A DNA stretch of 63,904 bases, the filler included, from Octopus bimaculoides (Eukaryota), in assembly GCF_001194135.2 (NCBI RefSeq). It is 4 parts of 4 records of this genome, joined end to end, with 100 filler letters (N's around TTAATTAATTAA, not from the genome) between each part and the next. Parts side by side here need not be neighbours in the genome. Positions count along the whole stretch, not along the records: positions 26,329 to 45,991 come from NC_068984.1; positions 46,092 to 62,019 come from NC_068986.1; 2 more parts are not named here. One strand, 5' to 3'. The notes below the pieces were generated by a model. That model was given only the letters and a program-made list of their open reading frames with translations, had not been told where the DNA came from and did no database searches. Below are positions 36,253-48,430 of the stretch, one piece after another. The translations under genes were made by a program, and so were the position numbers. Position 1 is the first letter of the stretch. Every line of letters starts with the position of its first letter.

Positions 36253-37520
36253 CGCGCTGTATTCCAGAAGTTTTGAGACGTTTTCAGGAGATAATTTGTC
36301 AATTTCAAAGAAGTACAAAACTCTAATTTCTTTCGAAGTTGGATCCTTTGACTTTAATGCATTTACAGTGCTCCATTCCCATCTTAAATCCTCCATGGAT
36401 TCCAAATATCTTCAAAACAACTGCCCCTGAGGTTCTCATTCTGCTCAGGGAACAACCAAAAGTCACAGAGAGAAAAGTCTGGACGAAAGGGAGGTTGAGC
36501 GACAGTTTTGATGCCCATTTTCGTCAAGTAGCTAGTTATCACGGTGGAAATGTGGATTGGTGCATTATCCTGGTGCTGATGCCACCAATCTAATTGAAAA
36601 AGCTCCGACCTTTTGCCACGAAATCTCATTCTGATCTCCATTGAAACCTCCATAAAGTACACTTTGTTGACCGTCTGGTCAGATAGAACCCAGTGGACGA
36701 AGATGATGCCCTAGCTGTCGACAAAATTGATCAGCATGAGCTTCCTGGACTTGCTTTACTTGACCCTCTTGGATTTTGAGGAGCCAGGATGCTTCCATTA
36801 GGTACTTTTTCCCTTGGTCTCTTGATCATAACAGTAGATTTAACTTCCAACACAGGTCACCAGAAACTCAAGTGCTCTTGGATTTGAAGTAATGTGTTCA
36901 ACTATCTCCCAGCTATCACCAGCGCGTCTTTCCTTCTGATCATCATTGAGAACCCTGAAAACGATCTAAGCAAAAATTTTGCGCATTTTCAGATGTTCAT
37001 AAATAGTCCTGTGTAGAGTTGCTACTTATACTTATGGTCTTTATAGACACAGTCTTCTTCAGGAAAATTGCAAATTTTCTAAACAACCTCTGATGTTCTG
37101 CCATCCATCTCACTTCTACACCTTTCATGGTCCCTCAGCTATTTCATACTATTCTTGAACCTCTTGTGCCAGGGGAAAACTGCGCGGCTCATACAAGTTA
37201 CTCCATAAGTAGTCTGGAGAACTTCATAATTTTCTGTAAAGCTTTTGCCCAGTTTAACATAAAACGTTTTTGCATAGCGAGCTTTCAAAAACTGACTTCA
37301 CGTCCCGAATGCATTCTGCAAAGTAGTCAGTTGTGAGAAGTAGTGTTTAGTAAGATGTACTCAAATGCTACTACAGCCGTCTGCTTTAATCTGGAAGAAA
37401 TAATTTGGTAAGTCAGCTTGCTAATTGTATAGAAATAATAATGATAGACAAAAATTACAATAATGTGGAACAGTGATAACTGCCGCTCCGAAAAATGTCT
37501 CCATCTTCTAGAATGCCCCT
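36253..37520 (-). mobile_element. Near full-length decayed mariner (irritans-like), TA-flanked
   Basis: About 1.27 kb; degenerate TIRs (TA|CGCGCTGTATTCCAGAAG vs TA|AGGGGCATTCTAGAAG); HQDNAPIH...YLTKMGIKTVAQPPFRPDFSLCDFWLFP. Confidence 0.9.
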
Positions 37521-37528
37521 TATGTGTT

Positions 37529-37569
<41 letters not shown>

Positions 37570-37639
37570 GATTGCGTGTGTGCGTGCGTGTGTGCGTATG
37601 TATATGTATATAATATGTGTATGTATGTGTGTGTGTATG

Positions 37640-37670
<31 letters not shown>

Positions 37671-38199
37671 TACGTGTGTGTGCGTGTGTGTGTGTGTGCG
37701 CGCGCGTATATATATATATTCATATATGTGTGTACAAATATGCAGAACTCAGGCCAGTCTGTAACAAAAAGGCAAGGATCTCGTTTAAGTCAATGCAGCT
37801 CTTGGGATTCGTGGTTATCTGAATATTTTGGTGTGTGCATATGTGTGTATGTGTGCACTGGTGTGTGCACCTGGATAAACTTGCACGTCATGTCGTGTGT
37901 GTGCATGTCACTTTAGTACACACGTGTGCAAGCTTCTGTGCTACTTATGTGTGCATGTGTGTGCGTGTGTATTTTACATGTATGTAAATGTGTTCATGTT
38001 TCCAGTCCAGCAACATCAAATGGAGAATCCTTGTAATGTTTGACAAATTTTCAATGAATTTCTACTAAATTGTATTTGGAGAATACGAATCACTTCGCTC
38101 AGTTCTTTTTTATGGAGAAACCCCCATCATTTTTAGGTTTTTATGAAGATCTGTTGTTACGTAGTCCATACATCTATGAGAGTAGGTACAAATGAAAAA

Positions 38200-40090
38200 C
38201 TACAATCTATAGAGTTGTAGATTTCTCATTAGTTCTATATAGATGTTCTTCTTTTCCCCAATGTTTAACGAGACATTCACAACCGGCGAGCAGGTAATCT
38301 CTACAACAGTACATGATTTTTGCTCTCCGCCTGATACAATATGTGGCCTAATACGTTGACACCTATTTGCTGTTTTTAGTCTGCTACCTTTACTTTTAGA
38401 AGTGCGCATGCATTTTGCTATTGACGAGCCTTGGGATATCCGTCAGAACAATTTTTCCTGCGTGTAGGATTGTAGACGGTACTAACGACAAAGTTATGTC
38501 TCATTGGAAGATAGTATATTGCGGTCCTTTTTTTTTTTTTACAATGGTGATGATAAAGAGTATATTTTCCGCACTGGCAGTTAATCAATGTTTGCAATCA
38601 CTATGTGGAGGTCTGGAGTTATCCTTGTCTCTGTTGTTGAACAGGTATTGTGTAGTTTTCTCCTATAGCTGTAAGATCTGATATATTTTCCCAGGTCTGA
38701 ATATTCCTCTGAATATGGTGAGTATTCCTTAGCTTGCAAGATATGTATCTATGCATAATTTTCTGCTAGGATGATGAGTATTTCTCTTCCAAGTCTCTAT
38801 TTAACTCAGTCGGCCCAGCCACCTTATTATTCTTTTTTTGTTGATTATATATGTAATATGCTAATTCCTCTTTTTACAGTTCAGTGTTGCCTAAGTAACA
38901 TGATGCATCACTCAAAGTCCGTCTAAACTGATTTTATGACTCTAACTCCATCTTTCTGTAAACCATCCTTTCAGGGTCAGTGTTGGTGTAGAAGTTACCA
39001 GTCGTTTTCAGTATTTTCCTAGTCCTGATGTCCAAGTTGTGAATTTTTTCAAGCGTCAACTCTAATATCCTAAATGTTTGTGCTAGCACTGGCACTACGA
39101 AAGCATTATGGACAATAATGTTATTAAATGCATTAAATGCATTGCGAACTTTACTGAAGTATTCTTTTATCACTCTAGCTTTACTCGCAACACCAACATA
39201 TGCAATATTTTCGTCAATTGCTAGACATTTGTAACACTCATCACTGATATCCATATTCCTTGCATAATATCCATTGATATCCATATTCCTTGCATGACAG
39301 ATGATCTTTCATTGTTTGACTACTAAATGCGAACATTTATCTAGATAGAAGTCCATTCCTGTCCTATGAGAATGTTGTGACCTGTTGTTCTAAACAGCGT
39401 TTAAGATCAAGAAAAAAGTGTGGGTGACGCTAATTTTTCTTCCGCCGGGAGATCCTGTCATGTCTTTTTTGCATTTCCTTTGCAGGATTAACAAGAGGTT
39501 CACAGTTTCTATGAAAAGCATTACAGATGAGCAGTCATCCAGAAATTTTCCTGCTGATAGCCTAATTCTGTTAGTGACTATAGTACTGTGAACCATGTTG
39601 TTATCGGCAACTTAACAGCGTAGACTAGAGTAGTTGGACTCTTAACAAGATGTAGTGACTCGCCTATCTTTGTATGATAGACTGAGTCAAACGTCTTTTT
39701 ATAGTCTAGCCATTGAAGAGGTTTCGTCGGTGCTGTTTTACTTCCTTACATACAGCTTTGTTGATGAAGAGTTATTCAGCGCAACTTCAGTTTCCTTTCT
39801 TTTCTCTCCGCCTGCACATCAGTCGCACTAATGTGTGTCTTGCAGTGATCCCAGAGGTATGCTTTCAGGCACCCTGTATATAACTTATTGATCACATTCA
39901 AGCCTAGAGTTTTGGATCACATATCCCTCCTGGTTTTTAGATACTAGTGTTGCACATGCAACTGCAAGAGCCCATCAAGCTTAGCGTTCATTGTCGCTTT
40001 GAGCAAGTTAACAACAGCTACCTTGAATGAGTCCCTCCCAGGTGATTTTTCTGCTCTGTAGCTTCACAACCAGTAAAAAAAGCTTGACTG
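38200..40090 (-). mobile_element. Decayed R4/Dong-like retrotransposon, RT through RLE
   Basis: NKAVCKEV..HRRNL..WLDYKKTFDSV; SVMLFIETVN; HNAFVVPVLAQTF...LDIRTRKIL; YLFNNRDKD; CTVVEITCSP...EKKNIYIELMRNLQL. Confidence 0.85.
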
Positions 40091-41148
40091 TGGAGTTCTC
40101 TTTTGAGAGAGATTTTTGTACTGTATTCGCTCCATAGCCCATCTAACCAAATTGCAGTACGATCGTGTTGTTTGTTTACATTCTAGATCCTTCCCTAAAA
40201 TGAATAGAGATCAGACTGAAGAGATAGGTCATCCATTTCGGTTTAATTTTGTTTTGTTTTGTATGTTTTTGTTTTTTTGCTGGGGGATAGTGGCGGGTCT
40301 TGATACAGTCGATCTCTGTTACTCCTGTCTGTTGTGGAATAGTGATCGTAACGTTACCTGCATAATAGTATATTGAATGCCCAATACTGTTACTTGTTCC
40401 TTAGCTACTTTGGCCATTGTTTTTGCTGTTGATTCGTGCGGTGATTATTAATAAGAACAGTGAAGTGTTGTATGAACTTTTATTAACTACTCTTTCAGCT
40501 GTTTATATTTTCGCTCATTTCTATCATTTATTCATTATCAGTTAACGATAAATTGTATAATGACATTTTGTTAATGTCAGTTTTATTGTTATCGTATCGG
40601 CCGTGGTCCGTTTTGTTTACGAACTTTTGGGGAGCAGAGTCACTGGTCAAATCTGACTCTTATTTACTGTGCGATTTTGATAGATTTTTCTCTTCTGGCT
40701 GTTTGTCGTAGTTGTTAGGCATTGCATTTTGTGTAACGAGATATTTTAAATCTCAGTCACTTTTAATCTTTTTCACGAAACCTACCGAAGGATCTTTCTT
40801 AACACCTTTATAGAACTAACAGATCTTGGTTCAGTTCAAAGGGCCCTGGAAATATTTTCGATTGTACCGCGACCCGCCTTTGCTGATATCAGTTTTCGGC
40901 CAAGCCATTGCATATATAGTAGTCATTCGCGTGTTGAGTTTCAACTAAACTTCACTGTTCGATTACTGTTATAATCTTACATAAAAAAAGTACCTCTTCA
41001 CGTATATCGGTAGAAGATAAAGAATTTTTACTGGGCTTGTATCAATGGCGAATGTTCTAGTGGGTAGTATTCATTATACGGGAGTCTTCTAATACCAACA
41101 TGACTGCCTTCCTCACCATATGTGGCTGTATATTTGTATGTGTATATT

Positions 41149-41225
41149 TATGTATGCTATTATGTATGTATGCATGTATGTATGTATGTATGTATGTATG
41201 TATGTATGTATGTATGTATGTATGT
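41149..41225. repeat. (TATG)n, i.e. (CATA)n on the minus strand
   Basis: Seen directly. Confidence 0.95.
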
Positions 41226-41457
41226 CGTAGTGCTTGTGTTGGTATCATAGTTGGTATCATTATTGATTTCACCTATGTCACGTCAGATATGTTTCGTAAT
41301 CTGGCCTGAATAATGCTAAGTTGTTAAGTAAAAGGTGTTTTTCATATTTATAACAGAAGAAATAAATCAGTTGCTGGAGAAGTTAGCATAATTCTGGAAG
41401 AAAACTTTCAAAATTGCATCTTAGACGGTCCTCCACACAGGTCTGATATGACGACGC

Positions 41458-41511
<54 letters not shown>

Positions 41512-42513
41512 TGTGTGCGTGTGTGCGTGCGCGCGCGTGGCAATGCATATATGTTTTTATCTAAGTATATTACATGTTCATTAAGAATGTTGAATTTCAA
41601 TGCTGTGCAGAACTACAGAATACATCCATAGATTTGTAGTCAACACTCAATAGACAAGTAAACAGCTTTCTACTTATAAACTAGCTTTGTGAGCATAGAA
41701 AAGGGAATCACCCGGAGCGGTTTCAAACATGTGATGGGATTTTATTTGCCTGTAAGTATTTTTTAACTGTCTATGAAGACACTGCTTTAAACACGCTATT
41801 ACAAAGGGCCTACGTAAACTGGCTAGACCAATTTTCATATTTAGCGTATTCTTGACAGCTATTTCAATCAATAAGTTGTTAAATTACTGATGCGTTAAAA
41901 ATATTTTATTTCAATGCTTTATTGTTAACAAAAAAAATGTATCTATATATTGTTTTATAGAATATATCGATACATTTTTACCAATACATACATACCATGT
42001 CGGTGTATTTAACAATATCTTCGTGATCAGTAAATTAGGGATCAGCAGAACTAGTCCCAATCCCGAAACTCGTCAATAGTAGCGTATCTAAGAAGAGAAC
42101 GAGAGGGGTAGTCCGCCCCGGCTGACGCTTCTATGGAGGAGGCAGTTTAGGGCTTGCTCTTTAAGCTTGTAGTGGCTGTTTTGCACTACTTGGATGCAGA
42201 GGAAAATTCAGTGGCTGCCCGGACTGGAAAAAACCCAGCTATTCCACAGCTAGTCCATAGATAATTAGGTAGTGGGTATTCAATTCAGTTGCTGATGAAA
42301 TCCCAACATAGGACTGAAGCGAGCCCGGCTAATCTCTCTTTTGGTGTTTACAAAAATATTATTTATATAGACGCGGTGTCTACACCGCCTTTTATATACA
42401 CTGCTATCAAAAATAACTTGAGATATATTCTACAATTCAACGTAGCATATTATATGTGAATGCATGTAAGTATCAGTACGCAAGCATATGTATACACACA
42501 CGTACAAGTTCAT

Positions 42514-42589
<76 letters not shown>

Positions 42590-42618
42590 TCTCCGTGTTT
42601 TTCTCCTTGTCTCCGTAT

Positions 42619-42655
42619 TCTTTCTGTTGAAGAGCGTAGCTCGAAACGTCAAAGA
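42619..42655 (+). ncRNA. Hammerhead-like type I fold, family B, non-canonical core (CUGUUGA)
   Basis: Stem I TCTTT/AAAGA; CTGTTGA plus extra A; stem II GAGC-GTA-GCTC; GAAA; palindromic ACGT; GUC triplet ending at 42650. Confidence 0.5.
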
Positions 42656-45005
42656 CTTTCCGTATTCCCGAGCGTCATACTAATATATACTTNNNNNNNN
42701 NNNNNNNNNNNNNNNNNNNNNNNNNNNNNNNNNNNNNNNNNNNNNNNNNNNNNNNNNNNNNNNNNNNNNNNNNNNNNNNNNNNNNNNNNNNNNNNNNNNN
42801 NNNNNNNNNNNNNNNNNNNNNNNNNNNNNNNNNNNNNNNNNNNNNNNNNNNNNNNNNNNNNNNNNNNNNNNNNNNNNNNNNNNNNNNNNNNNNNNNNNNN
42901 NNNNNNNNNNNNNNNNNNNNNNNNNNNNNNNNNNNNNNNNNNNNNNNNNNNNNNNNNNNNNNNNNNNNNNNNNNNNNNNNNNNNNNNNNNNNNNNNNNNN
43001 NNNNNNNNNNNNNNNNNNNNNNNNNNNNNNNNNNNNNNNNNNNNNNNNNNNNNNNNNNNNNNNNNNNNNNNNNNNNNNNNNNNNNNNNNNNNNNNNNNNN
43101 NNNNNNNNNNNNNNNNNNNNNNNNNNNNNNNNNNNNNNNNNNNNNNNNNNNNNNNNNNNNNNNNNNNNNNNNNNNNNNNNNNNNNNNNNNNNNNNNNNNN
43201 NNNNNNNNNNNNNNNNNNNNNNNNNNNNNNNNNNNNNNNNNNNNNNNNNNNNNNNNNNNNNNNNNNNNNNNNNNNNNNNNNNNNNNNNNNNNNNNNNNNN
43301 NNNNNNNNNNNNNNNNNNNNNNNNNNNNNNNNNNNNNNNNNNNNNNNNNNNNNNNNNNNNNNNNNNNNNNNNNNNNNNNNNNNNNNNNNNNNNNNNNNNN
43401 NNNNNNNNNNNNNNNNNNNNNNNNNNNNNNNNNNNNNNNNNNNNNNNNNNNNNNNNNNNNNNNNNNNNNNNNNNNNNNNNNNNNNNNNNNNNNNNNNNNN
43501 NNNNNNNNNNNNNNNNNNNNNNNNNNNNNNNTGTGTGTGTGTGTGTGTATGTGTGTGTGTGTGTGCGTGTGTGTGTGACAGTGTGTGTGTATGCATGCGT
43601 GCATATGTACAAAATATGTTATACTTAAGCTTTTACTCCAGACTCAAATATGTCACACACACACATATTTTCATTTCTCTTCTCCATCCCTGTTCTCTGT
43701 GTCCTCTAGCTAGTAGTTCATCGTCATACTCCTCGCTTTACAATTTTTTTCTATACGAAACACCTATTCTGAGACGTGGCCGCTACAATATTGCAGTGAT
43801 TATCTCTACACTTTGATAAGAGTTTATGTATTTTCCATCCTCGTCATCGCTATGATTAATGTATTTCTTTTGATCGGTTTTCTCCACCCATCTTTCTCAT
43901 TACTGAGTTTTATAACCTTGTTTGCAGAAAAGTCAAACTGCCTACACCGACTGACTGATCGTCTCGGCAGTCTTACCTTCTCTTTTTTTTTCTTTGCTTT
44001 TCAACGTGATTTTTTTGCTTCCTTCTTCCACACCGCACACTCCTCACGTTACAGAGATACGCATGCATATATATTATGCGTGTGCGTATGTATGTACGTA
44101 TGTGTGTATATATATATACATATATATATATATGTACATATATATATGTGTCTGTGTGTGTGTGTGTATGTTTGCATGAGTGTATATGTGTATGTGCGTG
44201 TATATATATATATATATATATATATNNNNNNNNNNNNNNNNNNNNNNNNNNNNNNNNNNNNNNNNNNNNNNNNNNNNNNNNNNNNNNNNNNNNNNNNNNN
44301 NNNNNNNNNNNNNNNNNNNNNNNNNNNNNNNNNNNNNNNNNNNNNNNNNNNNNNNNNNNNNNNNNNNNNNNNNNNNNNNNNNNNNNNNNNNNNNNNNNNN
44401 NNNNNNNNNNNNNNNNNNNNNNNNNNNNNNNNNNNNNNNNNNNNNNNNNNNNNNNNNNNNNNNNNNNNNNNNNNNNNNNNNNNNNNNNNNNNNNNNNNNN
44501 NNNNNNNNNNNNNNNNNNNNNNNNNNNNNNNNNNNNNNNNNNNNNNNNNNNNNNNNNNNNNNNNNNNNNNNNNNNNNNNNNNNNNNNNNNNNNNNNNNNN
44601 NNNNNNNNNNNNNNNNNNNNNNNNNNNNNNNNNNNNNNNNNNNNNNNNNNNNNNNNNNNNNNNNNNNNNNNNNNNNNNNNNNNNNNNNNNNNNNNNNNNN
44701 NNNNNNNNNNNNNNNNNNNNNNNNNNNNNNNNNNNNNNNNNNNNNNNNNNNNNNNNNNNNNNNNNNNNNNNNNNNNNNNNNNNNNNNNNNNNNNNNNNNN
44801 NNNNNNNNNNNNNNNNNNNNNNNNNNNNNNNNNNNNNNNNNNNNNNNNNNNNNNNNNNNNNNNNNNNNNNNNNNNNNNNNNNNNNNNNNNNNNNNNNNNN
44901 NNNNNNNNNNNNNNNNNNNNNNNNNNNNNNNNNNNNNNNNNNNNNNNNNNNNNNNNNNNNNNNNNNNNNNNNNNNNNNNNTTTTTTTTTTTTTTTTTTTT
45001 TTATA

Positions 45006-45306
45006 TATATAGGTGGTTCATCATCGCAGTTATCCAAAAGAGTATCTAATCTCTACTCTACATTTAGACATATCAATAAACGTAACAATACTGGACTTAG
45101 TAAATTAGTTTTGTCTCTAAAGGAACATAATAAACAATTTGATTTGGAATGGAATATTCTATCTATATCCTTTCCTCGTGATAAAGGTAAATATTTTCAC
45201 TATGAAACGATGAATTGCGTTTCATCCTATTCTCTGAGAATCGTCTTGTAAACACGTTTAAAGAATGCGTTTATCGTTTCAAACATTGGCAAAAAACATA
45301 CCTTTA
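45006..45306 (+). mobile_element. Penelope-like element GIY-YIG endonuclease C-terminal remnant
   Basis: YIGGSSSQLSKRVSNLYSTFRHINKRNNTGLSKLVLSLKEHNKQFDLEWNIL, then LVN.F.E and KH.KK-like tail typical of PLE endonucleases. Confidence 0.7.
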
Positions 45307-45726
45307 GTTCCCATAAGTGATTTCTACTACTCTATAAAATTCGATCTTTAACTGTGTTCTTACATTTCAATTCCACTAAATATATCTATTCCTACGCCTT
45401 TAATCTTTATTCCTATTCACCTATCACACTATATTACTCCACTTTTAGTTTTCTGCTAATTTCTTTCTTCCTCCTCCTTCTCTTTCTATAAATTGCCTTT
45501 GACGTTATATCTATTAAGGGTTTATTTTTTAAAAATAACTTACCAGCTTTCCCTTCATCATATATGCAGTAATCACATTCAGTTAAAATGTCTTATTGAT
45601 GTATTTTGTTTCACTTTTTTTCCTTGATGAGAAAATTGCATTGTTTTGCATCATTTTATCCCTTCTGGAATAATACCATATAATAATAATAATAATTATT
45701 ATTATTATAATTATTATTATTATTAT

Positions 45727-45991
45727 TTTATGTTTGACTTTTGTTTTGCATTTGTACAAGTTGGATCCAAGTCTCACCCAGAGACCTCAAGAGACAACAA
45801 GTTAGAAGTTCATGTAGGTGTTATGCCTAGGGTATTTGGATACAGTTTTGTTCTAGTGAATGTTTAAGAAACCATAAGAAAATTATGTTTGCTTTAAAAT
45901 TTGAGATCACATAGACAGTATTTTACGTAGGGTATGGGCAGTTCCCATGAGCACCATCTTTTGAATTTCTGCCATTTTGGGGTTTCTATTT
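45727..45991 (-). mobile_element. R4/Dong-like 3' end terminating in (TAA)n
   Basis: Minus strand QKMVLMGTAHTLRKILSM*, then 3' UTR ending GTCAAACATAAAATAATAATAA... Confidence 0.75.
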
Positions 45992-46091
45992 NNNNNNNNN
46001 NNNNNNNNNNNNNNNNNNNNNNNNNNNNNNNNNNNTTAATTAATTAANNNNNNNNNNNNNNNNNNNNNNNNNNNNNNNNNNNNNNNNNNNN
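45992..46091. other. Assembly linker N44-TTAATTAATTAA-N44
   Basis: Same 100-nt format; 12-mer at 46036-46047. Confidence 0.95.
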
Positions 46092-46141
46092 ACTAAAAAT
46101 ATCCGCCTATCGATATAATAATAGACTACTTTATTTTTTCT

Positions 46142-46190
46142 GTCTCCGATGAAGGGAAGTACTGGATCTTCCCAGAAACAGCTGTAAGAC
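46142..46190 (+). ncRNA. Type I minimal hammerhead ribozyme fold (family A) with U4-to-C change
   Basis: GTCT/AGAC stem I; CCGATGA core; perfect stem II GGGAAG/CTTCCC; GAAA; ACAGCTGT; GUA triplet. Confidence 0.65.
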
Positions 46191-47380
46191 TCTATCCATA
46201 AAATACTTCTCCAACCTTACCATTGCTCTCTTTATCTTTTTATTTTTATATATTTACATATACACACGCTAATACACGACTTATAATACCCAATCCTGTT
46301 CATACAACGACAGGGGCAAACTAGTCGGTATACAGCACTTACTCGGTATTACCTGTATCCTCTTGGGTTTGGTTAAATCCAATACCCTCCTCAACCTTAT
46401 ATATATACACGCGTAATGGTGAGCGCACGAGAAAAAGGTGGCACTGTACGATAGGATACATATATATTATTTATTTATTAACTGTTGGAATCGGTTGGGT
46501 GGAGTCGTATGAAACTTTGGTCAAATGTTCAAGATGAGCCTTCCTCTCAGACGGAAACACTTATGAGGACAGCTGCATCAAACTCCCTCATTCACCAGAT
46601 ACCTCTTATCACAAGAGGTTTCAAATAATGGCATCGCACAGCAAACAGTGGTGCCCCAGTATGAACGCAGATCTAAAATAACAACAATTAAAAGTATAAT
46701 CTTGGCAATATAAATCTTAAACTCTTCAAAATGGTAAGAGCACTACGCAGTTGTTCGTCCGAAATCAACGTGCGCAAATCAAAGTATTTGCACACATACA
46801 TACGTAGGCACGCATCTCTATATACCAATATTTGCAAATTAATATATACATACGTCTATATACATATACATTCATACATACATGAAAGTCTATGAGAATT
46901 ATTTAAAACAGTGTTGAATTGTAAATTTAATCTTAAAAACCGTTTTATTTTTTTTTCAATGTTATGAAATCTTTTATCAGGAAGTCACTAATCTCTGTTG
47001 TGCAAAAAAGGTTATAAGTTGTCGTTTCCAACTTTTACTCAACCGCGGTCAATTCAACGCTTTACAGCTAATTCGGTTTTAGCTTAATCTTAAATCGGTT
47101 TATCACTCTATGACGGATCTTTGGTAAGCTACAGTTTGACGTAAAATATTCGAAATTAATTTGAGTAGATAAAAATTTATGATAAGAAATGTAGGGACAA
47201 AAATGGGTGTGCAACGCCTAATATTTACTTTGAATCGTAATTTCTCAGATATTTAAAAGAAAAAAAAACTGTTCTTTAGTCGTAACTATTTAAGACAATT
47301 CAAGGAGTAGAAACTTTGGTGAAGACTTCGTTAAAAGATAAAATGACGCCCTAAGTAGCCAAAACATTGGAGCAAAACTT

Positions 47381-48430
47381 TGGTGTCAAAATTGGTGCCA
47401 AAAATGTGCAAGGCTTCTGTAGCGTCCCCATTAAGAAGCGGCCACAAGAATTTGACTGCAAAGTGCTATGGGAGGCCTCTTGTGTCCAGTTCGAGCTATT
47501 GGCTAACCAGAATGGATGGTACGATGTGAAAATTGCAGTTCAGCCTGCTACTGGTCTAAAGTGCGCTGCGCTAGAAGTATTGAGCCAGAATGTGGAGAAC
47601 GAAAGCTGTTATCCTTCATTAGTTGAAGTGTTAGCGAGATGATATGGCACTATATGCCTGACTGAAGTATACAGGATACGATTTCTGACTCACGTAAGGG
47701 CTACAGGAAAATCACTACAACAGCTTGCCCAATAACTTTTGAGTCCTCTTCAGAACGAACAGTTTATCTATGCTTTGGGCAGGGTAGTCCTCAAAGTTCA
47801 AGTGAAACAAGCATAATCAAATACTATGCAAGAGGCTTGGATAGAATTCTGGAATTTGAGTCGCATGTAAGGTTCTAGGTGGACTACAGTTTCAGATTCA
47901 AAGTAAGGATGAGGTAAGAAACAGGAAGATTTAGTGAAAGTTGTGGGTACTGCGAGAATGTCTGTCATAAAAGAGAAAGCTGTTTGAAGAAGAAAGAACA
48001 AGAGATGGCTGGAATAAATTGATGGCATTGCGGAAAGCCAGAACACAAGATACAAGATTGTTACGGCCTGCAGACAAAGCAATGGCAGGAGAGAGTATTG
48101 GATATGTGGTGAAAAGAGGGAAATCTCAGTTTTGACTGCCCTACACGAAAGAAGGATAGTAAGAAGGCAATGAATGACAAAGGAGAATCGGAAAACTAGT
48201 AGGAGCTGGAGTCACAGCGGACTATTGCTGTTGGCGAATTGAAAGCGTTACCGATGATAGTGATCCCACCGAAATTGGAACTACCACTCCAGTGTAGTGT
48301 GAAACATCATATTGATACAGGAAATCCTCGCCTATTCGAACAAACAGCCCGGATGAGAGCGCCAGCGAAGCGTAAATAAATGACGTTCTGAAAGAGAAGT
48401 CAATACGGAAAGATGTCTGCGAGATAAATG
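47381..48430 (+). mobile_element. Ty3/Gypsy internal remnant (PBS-like site, gag, zinc knuckle, start of RT)
   Basis: TGGTGTCAAAATTGG (PBS-like); KRPQEFDCKVLWEA..QFELLANQNGW; WICG..GNLSFDCP; VKHHIDTGNPR. Confidence 0.75.

Noticed and set aside
40860-40920. GTCGCGG motif as an HDV-like ribozyme upstream of the Dong-like copy
   Set aside because: The L3 loop is missing and no nested double pseudoknot could be threaded.
33558-45251. Very long ORFs (290-440 aa) in the ORF track
   Set aside because: They are runs of X from N-gaps plus translated microsatellites. Only the end of the 44076 ORF (PLE remnant) is real homology.
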